Of a stretch of 64,000 bases of DNA, positions 47,913 to 57,900 are shown in pieces. The notes beneath the pieces are model-generated. The model saw nothing but the letters and a program-made list of their open reading frames with translations. It ran no database searches and was not told where the DNA came from. Origin of the DNA: an uncultured Chloroflexia bacterium. Lineage in GTDB: Bacteria > Chloroflexota > Limnocylindria > Limnocylindrales > CSP1-4. Position 1 is the first letter of the stretch; each line of letters starts with the position of its first letter. The stretch spans positions 499,583 through 563,582 of the forward strand of contig CAWHYQ010000001.1 of assembly GCA_963833705.1 (NCBI GenBank), given 5' to 3'. Made by a program: the position numbers and the translations under genes.

Positions 47913-48938
47913 ATGACCAGCACCGACGGCCAGCGGCGGACCGCCATCGCCGGACTCGCGTATGCGACGCCAGCCTGTCGGGTCACCACCGACGAGGTCG
48001 AGGATCGGATCCGCTCGGCGTCCGGTCGACTGCCGGTCCCGCGCGGGACTCTCAAGCTCGTCAGCGGCATCGACCACCGGTACATGGTCGGGCCGACCGA
48101 GTTCTCGAGCACGCTCGCGATCCGCGCCGGCTGCCGTGCGCTCGAGGACGCCCGACTCTCTCCGTCCGAGATCGACCTGCTGATCTTCGCCTCGGCAAGC
48201 CAGGATCAGATCGAACCCGCGACGGCGCACATCGTGGCGGACGCGATGGGCGTCCACGCGCCGGCATTCGACGTGAAGAACGCCTGCAACAGCTTCGTCG
48301 ACGGCATGCGCATCGCCGAGGCGATGATCGCGGCCGGCGGGGTGCGCAACGCGCTCGTCGTCAGCGGGGAGACGCCCACCCTCGCGACTCGATGGAACGT
48401 CGGATCGCTTCGCGAGCTTCGTCGGTCGTTCATCGGCTACACGATGGGCGACCTCGGCAGCGCCATGGTCCTGGCACCGACCGACGACGGACGTGGCATC
48501 TTCTACCGTCGGTTCTGGTCCGGCTCGCAGCATTGGGAGATCGTCCAACTCCCCGGCGGCGGCTCACGGCACCCGCGCGGCGAGGAGTACGCCTACGCGC
48601 AGGGCGACGGCAACCGCCTGCGGGACGCGTTCATGGGACTCGATGCCGACATCGTCCTGAGCGTCTTCCGCGAGACCGGCACGACCTGGGCCGATTTCGC
48701 CCTCGTGTGCGCCCACCAGGTCACGATGCCGTTCGTCGACGACCTTGTGCGCAAACTCGGGATCCCGCGCGACCTGCTGGAATTGACGGTCGGCGAGTTC
48801 GGGAACGTCAGTTCCGGGAGCATCCCGCTCACGCTCGCGAGGGCCCGCGAGGCGGGTCGGGTCCGTCGCGGCGACCGCGTGCTGTGCATCGGGCTGGGCG
48901 CCGGGATCAGCGTCGCGACGATGGCCCTGGTGCTGTGA
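47913..48938 (+). CDS. KAS III-like thiolase (FabH/OleA-like condensing enzyme)
   Basis: SD GAGGTGGAG, then an ATG at 47913. Cys site FDVKNACNSF, His CAHQV, Asn FGNVSSGSIP. The upstream segment SQDQIEPATAHIV carries a Glu-Pro as in OleA-type enzymes. Confidence 0.8.
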   Translation: MTSTDGQRRTAIAGLAYATPACRVTTDEVEDRIRSASGRLPVPRGTLKLVSGIDHRYMVGPTEFSSTLAIRAGCRALEDARLSPSEIDLLIFASASQDQIEPATAHIVADAMGVHAPAFDVKNACNSFVDGMRIAEAMIAAGGVRNALVVSGETPTLATRWNVGSLRELRRSFIGYTMGDLGSAMVLAPTDDGRGIFYRRFWSGSQHWEIVQLPGGGSRHPRGEEYAYAQGDGNRLRDAFMGLDADIVLSVFRETGTTWADFALVCAHQVTMPFVDDLVRKLGIPRDLLELTVGEFGNVSSGSIPLTLARAREAGRVRRGDRVLCIGLGAGISVATMALVL

Positions 48939-49843
48939 CCGCGGACGGACGGTCTGGGTCCGGGGCCCGGCCGGCTGCGCGAACACCGTCGCGGTCGCCC
49001 GCCCGGTTCGACCCGGTCGACGGGACGGCCCTCGTGGCGATGCCGCCGTTCGACCTCGGCGAGCGTCCGGTCGAGATCCTGGCACCGGGAACGTCCGAGC
49101 TGTGGATCGTGGTGGCGGCCTACAACGAGGTCGAGCGGGTCGCCGAGACGCTCGACGCGCTCGCGCGCCAGGTCCGGTCGGCGGTCGTGTGTCTGGTCGA
49201 CAACGCGAGCACCGACGCGACCGTTGGTACCGTTCGCGCCTGGTCGGCGGCGCATCCCGAGGTCCCGTTGCGGCTCGTCCACGAACCGGAGAAAGGGACC
49301 GGCGCGGCCGCGGACACCGGGTTTCGCGTCGCGGCCGCGGCCGGCGCGCGACTCGTGCTGCGGACCGACGCCGACTGCCTCCCCGCGCCCGACTGGTCGG
49401 CGCACCTGGCCGACGCCCTCGATTCCGGGCTCGACCTCGCCATCGGGCGGACGGTCCCGAGGACCGATCTCGAGCCGCTCCACTGGTGGGAGCCGGCGGT
49501 CATCGAGGCGCTGATGGCCATCTCCGATCTCGTCGGGCGGCTCCGGCCGAGCAACCGTGGCCACGGGTACCAGACGCGCTTCCGCCTGTGCATCGGGAAC
49601 AACCTTGGGACTCGCGCGGACATGTACACCGCTTCCGGCGGCTTCCCACGAAGTCGGATCGAGGAGGTCCACGAGGACCGGGCGCTGATGAACCGGATGC
49701 GCCGGATCACGCCCCGCATCGGGACCGATCGGGAAGCGCTCGTCGCCACGAGCATCCGCCGCCTGCGCGCCTACGGCCTGGTCGGGATCCTGCGCTGGTA
49801 TCTCGACCATGGCGGCGGCAATGGGACGGTCGATGTCCGCTGA
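48935..49843 (+). CDS. glycosyltransferase family 2
   Basis: WIVVAAYNE...LVDNASTDAT and RTDADC (DxD-like) motifs. The GTG overlaps the upstream stop (GTGA). An alternative internal start lies near 49040. Confidence 0.75.
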   Translation: MTADGRSGSGARPAARTPSRSPARFDPVDGTALVAMPPFDLGERPVEILAPGTSELWIVVAAYNEVERVAETLDALARQVRSAVVCLVDNASTDATVGTVRAWSAAHPEVPLRLVHEPEKGTGAAADTGFRVAAAAGARLVLRTDADCLPAPDWSAHLADALDSGLDLAIGRTVPRTDLEPLHWWEPAVIEALMAISDLVGRLRPSNRGHGYQTRFRLCIGNNLGTRADMYTASGGFPRSRIEEVHEDRALMNRMRRITPRIGTDREALVATSIRRLRAYGLVGILRWYLDHGGGNGTVDVR

Positions 49844-51126
49844 CCGGCCGACGAGCCCTGTGGCGCCGCTGGCCGGCCGCGGACGACGCCACGCCGCATC
49901 CCGAGGGCGGTTCGGTCGACCGCTGGCTGCCGCCCGGTCGGTGGCGAGCCGCATGGTGGGAGTCGCGGGTCTGGCTGGCCTCGAACGCGCCACTGTTCGT
50001 CGGCCTGCGCACCACCGGGAGACTCCCGATCGTGCGTCTCGGAGGGTTCGGCACGCTCGTCAACGACGCCCGGGTCGGGCGTGACATCCTGGTCGACACG
50101 GCACGGTTCCGGACGGTCGGGCGGGGCACGCACGGCGAGCTGCTCGACCAGGTGGTCGGGCCGCGCGCGTTGCTGAACATGGACGGGCCCGAGCATGAGG
50201 CCCTGCGCCGATCGCTCCACGACCTGTTCGGAGGTCCCGCGAGCCGTACGCTCGTGGACGCCACGGTCACCGCGCCGCTGGCCGAGATGGATCGCCGGCT
50301 GCGCGCCGGTGAGCGGGTCGACCTCGTCCGGGCCCTTCGGGTGATCACGGGGCGAACCACGTTCGGCCTGCTCGGCGCCCCCGACCCCGTCGATGGCGAC
50401 GCCGGATACCTCGCCGCCTACCGCGATGGCGAAGAGCTGCTCGCGATGACGGTGCACGCCGTTCGGCGCGGTATCCGTCCGACGGAACTGGAACGCGGGC
50501 GGCGGCTCGTCGAAGCGCTCGGCGCCGGGAGTCGCTCGGGCTGGGCATCGACGGGCGACGGCACGATGCCACGACTCCGAGAGATGGGGATGAGCTTCGA
50601 GGAGGCCCGATCGCTCGTCGTGGTCATCATCCTGGCCGGCACCGAGACCGTCAGTTCCGGCGCGCCCCGCGCGATCGCGACCCTGATGGATCACGGCGCG
50701 TGGGATGGGATCGATCCCGGTGACGACGCCGCCCTCGACGCGGCGATCGAGGCGGGCCTGCGCCTCGTCACGCCGAGCCAGTTCATCATCCGCAGCTGCA
50801 TCGAGGACGCGACCGTCCGCGGTCGGCGGTTCCGCCCCGGCGAGCGCGTCTTCCTGTCGCTCTACAACATGGCCCGCACGCCCGCTCTCTACGCGGGTCT
50901 CGACCCCGAGGCACTCCATCTCGGTGACCCCGTGCCCCGCGAGCTCCGCCACATCTGGTTCGGGGCTGGTCCCCATTTCTGCATCGGCAGCTCCATCGCC
51001 CGGGAGCAGCTTCGAGCCCTGCTGCGGACATTGCGCGGGGCGGGCGACCTGCGGATCGTCCACCGCCGGCCGGCAAGGGGCGTGCTCTTCCCGGCCTACG
51101 CCGAATGCTGGATCCAGCGCCGATGA
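49833..51126 (+). CDS. cytochrome P450; 5' end unresolved
   Basis: I-helix AGTETVSS and heme loop FGAGPHFCIGSSIA. The P450 frame has no ATG or GTG between 49840 and about 50030. The only nearby ATG (49833, overlapping the GT2 end) is in another frame. Either there is a frame change in the first ~20 codons or the start is unusual (CTG at 49840). Confidence 0.75.
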
Positions 51127-52679
51127 CGGACATCGACGGGCACATCGAGGACCTGGTGACGTCGGGCGCCGGTGGCGACCGACCGGCCTTCGTCGATCCG
51201 ACCGGTCGGGTCACGCTCACCCGGTCGGGCCTGGCCGTTCGCATCCGGCGTGCTGCCGGAAGCTTCGCCGGTGCGGGGCTCGGTCCCGGTGATGCAGTCG
51301 CCTTCGGCATCCGCCAGGACGCCGAGGGTGTCGCGTGGCTGCTCGGCGCCATCCGCGCCGGGGTCACCGTGGTCGTCCTCGACCCTGGACTGGCGCCCTC
51401 GACCACGATCGATCGATGCCGCGCCGCCGGGGTCCGCGCGGTCGTGTTGGACCCCGGGGTCGCCCTCGCGGCCGGTTCGCGGCTGGGGCGCCGCGTCGCC
51501 GCGGCGGCTGGGTTGCGGATCCCCGATCCGCGAGCGCTCGGCGGCGACGTGTGGGTCACGGGCGCGACACCACTCCGAGGCGTCCGCCGCCTCGATCGGG
51601 TCGGCCGTGCGGACGCGCGCCGGCCACGCAGCGCGGACGAGCCCGCGCTCGTCGTCTTCACCTCGGGGACCACGGGTGCGCCGAGAGGCATCGTCCACTC
51701 CTCGCGCAGCCTGGCCGCGACGCTGGACGCCGTGGTCGGCCTGTCCGGCATGCGACCTGACGACCGGGTCCTCGGGACGGGGCTGCACCTGACCGTGCCG
51801 GCGCTGCTGGCCGGGGCGACGGTCGTGATCCCGCCACGAGGCGGCGCGACCCGGCTCGCGTCGGTCACGCGCCGGCTGGGCGTCACGCAGATGTCCCTCC
51901 CGCCGCACGTGGCGGTCGACTGGGCTGCCGCCGGCGGCGCCGGCACGGGCCTGCGTCGCCTCTTCCTCGGGTCGGCCCCGACGCGCAACGTCGCGCTGCG
52001 CTCGATCATCGCGAGCGTCCCGGCCGGTGCCGAGATCTGGTCGCTGTACGGGATGACCGAGCAGCTGCTGGTCGCCGCCGTGGCGGCCGCGGAGCGGGTC
52101 CGGCACGACGAGGCCACGGGCGACCTCGTCGGCCGGCGGCTGCCCGGTGTCACGACGCGGTTCTCGGCGGACGGCGAGTTGTGGGTCGGCGGTCCGGGCC
52201 TCGCTCGGGGGATCCTGGGCGATCCCGAGCCGGCGTCGGAGATGCCGACCGGGGATCTCGGCTTCATGGCCGGGGACGGCCGGATCGTGCTGACGGGGCG
52301 GCGCAAGGAGATGATCATCCGCCGTGGCGCGAACATCTATCCGGCCCTGTACGAATCGCGCGTGGCCGAGGCGGCCGGTCTGGCTGCCGCGATCATGGTC
52401 GGCCTTCCGGCACCTGATGGTGACGAGAGCGTAGTCCTCTGGGTGGAGCCGCGAACCGGTGAGCGAGCCGAACGCGCACGCCGGCGAACGCTGGCGATCC
52501 TGGCCGGAGGCACCTCGCCGGTGGACGCGCACGCCCGGCCGGACGCGGTGTTCACCATCGACCGGATCCCACGTTCCGGTCGGTCGGGCAAACCGGACCG
52601 TCGGGCACTCGTCATGCTTGCCGGCGCTCGCCTGGGGCGGACCGTCATGGCGGATCCGATCGTGGCGGAGCCCGTCTGA
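51123..52679 (+). CDS. AMP-dependent synthetase/ligase (ANL superfamily; OleC / fatty-acyl-AMP-ligase-like)
   Basis: FTSGTTGAPRG, YGMTE, and TGDLG...GRRKEMIIRRGANIYP motifs. The ATG overlaps the P450 stop (ATGA). Confidence 0.8.
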   Translation: MTDIDGHIEDLVTSGAGGDRPAFVDPTGRVTLTRSGLAVRIRRAAGSFAGAGLGPGDAVAFGIRQDAEGVAWLLGAIRAGVTVVVLDPGLAPSTTIDRCRAAGVRAVVLDPGVALAAGSRLGRRVAAAAGLRIPDPRALGGDVWVTGATPLRGVRRLDRVGRADARRPRSADEPALVVFTSGTTGAPRGIVHSSRSLAATLDAVVGLSGMRPDDRVLGTGLHLTVPALLAGATVVIPPRGGATRLASVTRRLGVTQMSLPPHVAVDWAAAGGAGTGLRRLFLGSAPTRNVALRSIIASVPAGAEIWSLYGMTEQLLVAAVAAAERVRHDEATGDLVGRRLPGVTTRFSADGELWVGGPGLARGILGDPEPASEMPTGDLGFMAGDGRIVLTGRRKEMIIRRGANIYPALYESRVAEAAGLAAAIMVGLPAPDGDESVVLWVEPRTGERAERARRRTLAILAGGTSPVDAHARPDAVFTIDRIPRSGRSGKPDRRALVMLAGARLGRTVMADPIVAEPV

Positions 52680-53659
52680 TGCGGGTCGCGGTGACCGGTG
52701 CGACCGGGTTCGTCGGCGGGCACCTCGTCCGCCGGCTGGAGGCCGGCGGGCACGAGGTCCTCGCGCTCGGGCGTCGGCCGCACGCTCCCGACGGTCTCAT
52801 CGCCTCGGCCTACGAGGTCTGGGACCTTGGCGACGGCCGACAGGCGCCACGGTCCATCGCCGCCTGCGACGCGGTCGTGCACGTCGCGGCCCATGTGTCC
52901 GACTGGGGGCCGCGGGACACGTTCCAGGCGGTCACGGTCGGCGGCACGGCTCGACTGCTCGACGCCACCGCCCCGGGTGCGCGCGTCATCGTCATCGGGA
53001 GTGCGTCCGTGTACGACCCCCGGCGGCCTCACCTGCGTGCCGCCGAGGGCGAGGCGCCCGTCGAGCGTTACCTGAACGAATACGGCCGCGCCAAGGCGGA
53101 CCAGGAACGGCTGGTGGCACGACGCCGGCCGGATGCCCTGGTACTGCGACCGCACGCCGTCTATGGGCCCGGCGATCGGACGCTCCTGCCGCGCCTGATC
53201 GACGCGCGACGACACGGTCGGCTCGCGCTGCCCGCGGGCGGCCGGCACCCGATGTCGGTCACCCATGTCGACAGCCTGGCGGACGCCGTCCTTGCCGCGT
53301 TGCGGCATCCCGAGGTCCGAGATCCCATGAACGTCGCCGACGCCACACCGATCGTCCCGGCCGAGATGCTCCTGGCGGCGTTCGAGGCGCTCGGCCTGCG
53401 AACGCGGATCCGGTCGGTGCCGGTCCCGATCGCTCGTCTCGTGGCCGACGCCGTCGAGGGCGCCTGGCGCGTGAGCCGCCGACCTGACGCCCCACCGCTG
53501 ACACGCTATGCCGTCAGCCATCTCGCGGGACCGTTCGTGCTCGACCTGACGCGGTTTCACACCGAGCTCGGGATCCGGCCGGATCGGCGGCACCTCGAGA
53601 TGTTGCCCGAGGTCGTCGCGGGGTTCGCCCGCCGGCCGGTCGCCGGGGCAGCCCGGTAG
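52679..53659 (+). CDS. NAD(P)-dependent epimerase/dehydratase-family SDR (3-beta-HSD / OleD-like)
   Basis: VTGATGFVGGHL Rossmann motif and YGRAK (YxxxK). The start overlaps the ligase stop by 1 nt. Confidence 0.8.
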   Translation: MRVAVTGATGFVGGHLVRRLEAGGHEVLALGRRPHAPDGLIASAYEVWDLGDGRQAPRSIAACDAVVHVAAHVSDWGPRDTFQAVTVGGTARLLDATAPGARVIVIGSASVYDPRRPHLRAAEGEAPVERYLNEYGRAKADQERLVARRRPDALVLRPHAVYGPGDRTLLPRLIDARRHGRLALPAGGRHPMSVTHVDSLADAVLAALRHPEVRDPMNVADATPIVPAEMLLAAFEALGLRTRIRSVPVPIARLVADAVEGAWRVSRRPDAPPLTRYAVSHLAGPFVLDLTRFHTELGIRPDRRHLEMLPEVVAGFARRPVAGAAR

Positions 53660-53695
53660 GGTCGGCTACTCGCGGTACGATGCGCGCGGCGCCCG

Positions 53696-53782
53696 GCCGG
53701 AGTGGCGGAACAGGCAGACGCGACGGTCTCAAACACCGTTCCTTGCAAGAGGGTGCGGGTTCGATCCCCGCCTCCGGCACCA
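53696..53782 (+). tRNA. tRNA-Leu (CAA), long variable arm, CCA encoded
   Basis: Acceptor GCCGGAG/CTCCGGC, anticodon stem ACGGT/ACCGT, loop CTCAAAC, T-loop GGTTCGATCCC. Confidence 0.85.
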
Positions 53783-53806
53783 CTGATCGCGAAATGAGGA
53801 TCCAGC

Positions 53807-54259
53807 ATGCCCGCCCCGGCCCACCGGCAGGCCATCGGCTACCCGACGAACCGGTTGCTGGCCGTCTTCGACGACCCCGCCGACGCGGCGGCCGCGCTGG
53901 CCGACCTCGCGGCCGGGGGGATCGCGACGCGTGACCTCGAGATCCTGCGGGGCGAGGAGGGCGCCGACCGGGTCGATGGCACCGGTGGCGTATCGGGCTG
54001 GCTCGGTCGCCTTCGGCGGGCCTTCGATTTCACGATGATGGACCAGCTCGTCGACTTCGCCGCGTACGAACGGGCGCTGCGCGACGGGCGCGCCGTCGTC
54101 ATGGTCCACGTCCACGGCGACGCCCCGAAGGAGTCCGCCCACAGGATCCTGCGGGCGCACCACGGCCATTTCATCAACTATTACGGCCGCTTCGCGACCG
54201 AGGAACTGGACATGTGGCACGGTCCCGAGCCGGACATCCCGGGGTATCTGCGTCGCTGA
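53807..54259 (+). CDS. hypothetical protein (150 aa)
   Basis: SD GAGGA lies 6 nt upstream of the ATG, and the GC3 is coding-like. I recognise no family. Confidence 0.55.
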   Translation: MPAPAHRQAIGYPTNRLLAVFDDPADAAAALADLAAGGIATRDLEILRGEEGADRVDGTGGVSGWLGRLRRAFDFTMMDQLVDFAAYERALRDGRAVVMVHVHGDAPKESAHRILRAHHGHFINYYGRFATEELDMWHGPEPDIPGYLRR

Positions 54260-54353
54260 TCCGCCGGCGATGGCATCATCAGCGCCACAAGCCGCGGCAC
54301 GTTCGTGGCCGTCGGTCCCGACCATTCGCCCCCGAACCATTTGAGGAGCCTCG

Positions 54354-54929
54354 ATGTTCCACCGTTTCTTCGGATCCTCCAAGCCGGCCGACGAGCCCCT
54401 GGCCGAGCGACCGGCCCCGCCGCCAGTGTCCGATGGCGCGGGCGACACCGCCACCGTGCGACGGATCGTCGCGAAACTCGAGGCGATGCCACCCGAGCAG
54501 GCCAGGCTCCTCGCCGCGATCGCGTACACGCTCGCCCGGGCCGCGAACGCCGACCTCGACATCAGCGCCGAGGAGACCGCGGCGATCGAGCACGAGCTGC
54601 AGGAGCACGAGTCCATCGATGAGGCGACCGCCGTCCTGGTGACCGAGATGGCCAAGCTCCAGGCCAAGACGGTCGGCGGCACCGAGGACTTCGTCGTGAC
54701 CCGCGAGCTCAAGGCCATCACCGACGAGAGCCAGCGGATCGTCGTCGTTCGGGCGTGCTTCGCGGTCATGGCGGCGAACGGCACGATCTCGGCCGAAGAG
54801 ACCGCGATCGTCAACGAGATCGCCCAGGAGCTCGACATCGACGCCCCGACCCTCAACGCGATCCGGGCCGACTACCACGAGCAGTTCTCGTCGGTCCAAC
54901 AGATCCGGCGGGTCACCGGGGCGGGCTGA
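54354..54929 (+). CDS. TerB-like (tellurite-resistance TerB / DjlA N-terminal type) domain protein
   Basis: SD GAGGAG. Paired helical repeats with ISAEE motifs (ADLDISAEETAAIEHEL and NGTISAEETAIVNEIAQEL) are typical of the TerB fold. Confidence 0.6.
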   Translation: MFHRFFGSSKPADEPLAERPAPPPVSDGAGDTATVRRIVAKLEAMPPEQARLLAAIAYTLARAANADLDISAEETAAIEHELQEHESIDEATAVLVTEMAKLQAKTVGGTEDFVVTRELKAITDESQRIVVVRACFAVMAANGTISAEETAIVNEIAQELDIDAPTLNAIRADYHEQFSSVQQIRRVTGAG

Positions 54930-54937
54930 AGCGGCGG

Positions 54938-57900
54938 TCAGGCGAGTCGCAGGTCCACCAAACCGTCGCCCAAGCGGCGGCGAACCTCGGCCAGCAGTTC
55001 CGCGTCATAGGCGACGCCCCGACGCAGCTCCATCGGCAGCGGCGGACCCCCGCCCGGCCCCGGGATGTGGATGACGACGCGCGTCGATCCGGGCCGGTCG
55101 CGCAGGACGGCCTTGAAGGTCTCCATCGCCCCGACCAGGCGATCGGGTGGCGCGCTCCCCGCGAAGCGCACATGGAGGATGGTGTCAGGCCCGGCGTCGA
55201 CCGGGGCGTCGGCGGTCGCGTCGGCGACGATCCGCGCGCGGGCCTCGTCTGGGACGGTCGGCTCGTCGTCCTCGTCAGGCCCGACGGCGGCTCCCGGGTT
55301 GGCGACGTAGGCCGACACAGGCTCGGCCGGTGCGATCGATGGCAGGGAGGCCTCGGCAACACCGCCTCGGCGGGGTGAGACGAAGGGCACCGCCACCTGG
55401 GGTCGCCCCGGGCTCGCGGGGCCTCCGACGCCGCCCCCGACACCGACCGGCGCCGGCTGCCCGGGGCCGACGGCGACCATCGGCCGTGGCGGGAACGTGC
55501 CGGGTCGCTCGCCGCCGATCGCGCCATGACCGTTGCCGTTCGCGCCGGGACCCCGCCGACCCGCACCCCGCTCACCGGCGGCCACCTGCCGGGCGAAGGC
55601 CTCGGGTCCGGCCGCGACCGCCCCCTCCCACTCGACGGCGAGATCCGCCAGCAACGAGATGTCTTCGCCCTTGTGGTCGACCCGCCCCGCCACGAGAAGG
55701 ATCTCGCCATCGCGCCAGGTCGAGCCGGTCTGCTCGTACAGCCTTGGGAAGACGACGACCTCCACGGTCCCCTGGAGATCCTCCATGGTCACGATGGCCA
55801 TCGTCGCCCTCGCCTTGGTGACGACCGTGCGGACGCCGGTCACGATCCCGCCGACCACGACCCGCTGGCCGTCGAGCGACTCGTCGCGCAGGTCGCTCGA
55901 GTAGGCGGTCACGAAGGCACTGATCTGCTCGGCGACCTCACCCATCGGATGCTCCGACAGGTACAGGCCGAGGAGCTCCTTCTCCCAGCGCAGCCGCTCG
56001 CGGACCGGAACCTCCGTCGCGTTCGGCAGCGGGCGCTCGAAGGCCGCGGCATCGGCGGCGCCCAGGTCGAACAGCGAGGTCTGGCCGGAGATCCGGTCGC
56101 GCTGCGTCGCCTGTCCTGCCCCGATCGCGTCGTCGAGACCGAGCAGGATCTGCGATGGGTGTCCGAATGCACTCAACGCCCCCACCTTGGCCAGCGTCTC
56201 GAGGACCTTGCGGTTGGCGAGGCGCAGGTCGATCCGCGTGCAGAAGTCGGTCAGCGAACGGAACTCGCCGCCCTCGTCGCGCGCCGCGATGATCGATTCG
56301 ATGGCGCCCTGCCCGACGTTCTTGACGGCCAGCAGGCCGAACCGGATGGCGTCGCCCTCGACCGTGAACTCGAGCTGGCTCCGATGGACGTCCGGCGGCA
56401 GGACCTCGATGCCCATCCGCCGGCACTCGGCGACGGCGGCCGCCACCTTCTCCTCGTTCGACCGGAACGCGGTCAGCACGGCGGTCATGTAGTCGACCGT
56501 ATGGTTCGCCTTCATGTACGCGGTCTGGTAGGCGATCAGTCCGTAGCAGGTGGCGTGCGCCTTGTTGAACCCGTATCGCTCGAACGGCTCGAAGGCGGTG
56601 AACACGGCGTCGATCACGTTCGCGGCCACACCACGTTCCGCGGCCTGGGTGACGAACTTCTCCTTCTGGGCCCGCAGGACCGCCGACTTCTTCTTGCGGA
56701 TCGCGTAACCCAGCGTGTCGGCCTCGGGTCCGGTGAAGCCACCGAGGGCGATGGCCGCGGACATGATGTCCTCCTGGTAGACGAAGATCCCGTAGGTCTT
56801 CGCCAGGTACGGCTCCAGCAGCGGGTGGAGGTAGGTGACGGGCTCCTGGCCGTGCTTGCGCCGGATGTACGCCGGGATGTTGTCCATCGGTCCCGGCCGG
56901 TAAAGCGCGACCATCGCGGCGAGGTCGTAGACCGATGTCGGCTGCAGGTCGCGGACATATCGGCGCATCCCAGCCGACTCGAGCTGGAAGACGCCCGTCG
57001 TCTCGCCCGAGGCGAGCAGTTCGAAGGTCGTCGCGTCGTCCAGTGGGATGTCGTCGAGGTCGATGGCGATGCCGCGGTTGGCCCGCACGAGATCGACCGC
57101 CTGACGCAGGATGGTCAGGTTCGACAGCCCCAGGAAGTCGAACTTCAGCAGTCCGAGCGCCTCGATGGCGTGCATCTCGTACTGGCTCATGAGGCCGTCC
57201 GAGTTCGTCGCCTTCTGGAGCGGCATGAGCTCGGTCAGCGGCTCGCGGCTGATGACGACGCCGGCGGCGTGGGTCGACGCGTTTCGGGCGACCCCCTCGA
57301 GGTGGCGGGCGAAGTCGATGATCCGCTTGACACCCGGGTCGGCATCGACCTGTTCGCGCAGCGCCGGCGCGACCTGGAGCGCCTCGTCGAGCCGGATGCC
57401 GAGCTGGTTCGGGACGGCCTTGGCGATCCGGTCGACCTCGCCATACGAGTGGCCGAGGACGCGCCCGACGTCACGGATCGCGGCCCTTGCGAGCATCGTG
57501 CCGAACGTGATGATCTGGGCGACGTGGTCCTGGCCGTACTTCCGGCCGACGTAGGCGATGACCTCCTCGCGGCGGCCGTCCTCGAAGTCCACGTCGATAT
57601 CGGGCATCGTCACGCGGTCCGGGTTGAGGAAGCGTTCGAACGGCAGCTGGTAGAGGATCGGGTCGACCGGCGTGATCCCGAGCGTGTAGGTCACGATCGA
57701 GCCGGGCGCGCTGCCGCGGCAGGTCGTCTGGATGCCCTGTTCGCGAGCGAACCGGATGAAGTCCGCGACGATGAGGAAGTACCCGGCGTACCCCATCTGG
57801 AGGATGACGCCGAGCTCGTAGTCGAGGCGCTCCTGGAGCTCGGGGGTCACCGTCCCGTAGCGGCGCTCGAGGCCCAGTTGGCACTCGGCGCGAAGCCAGC

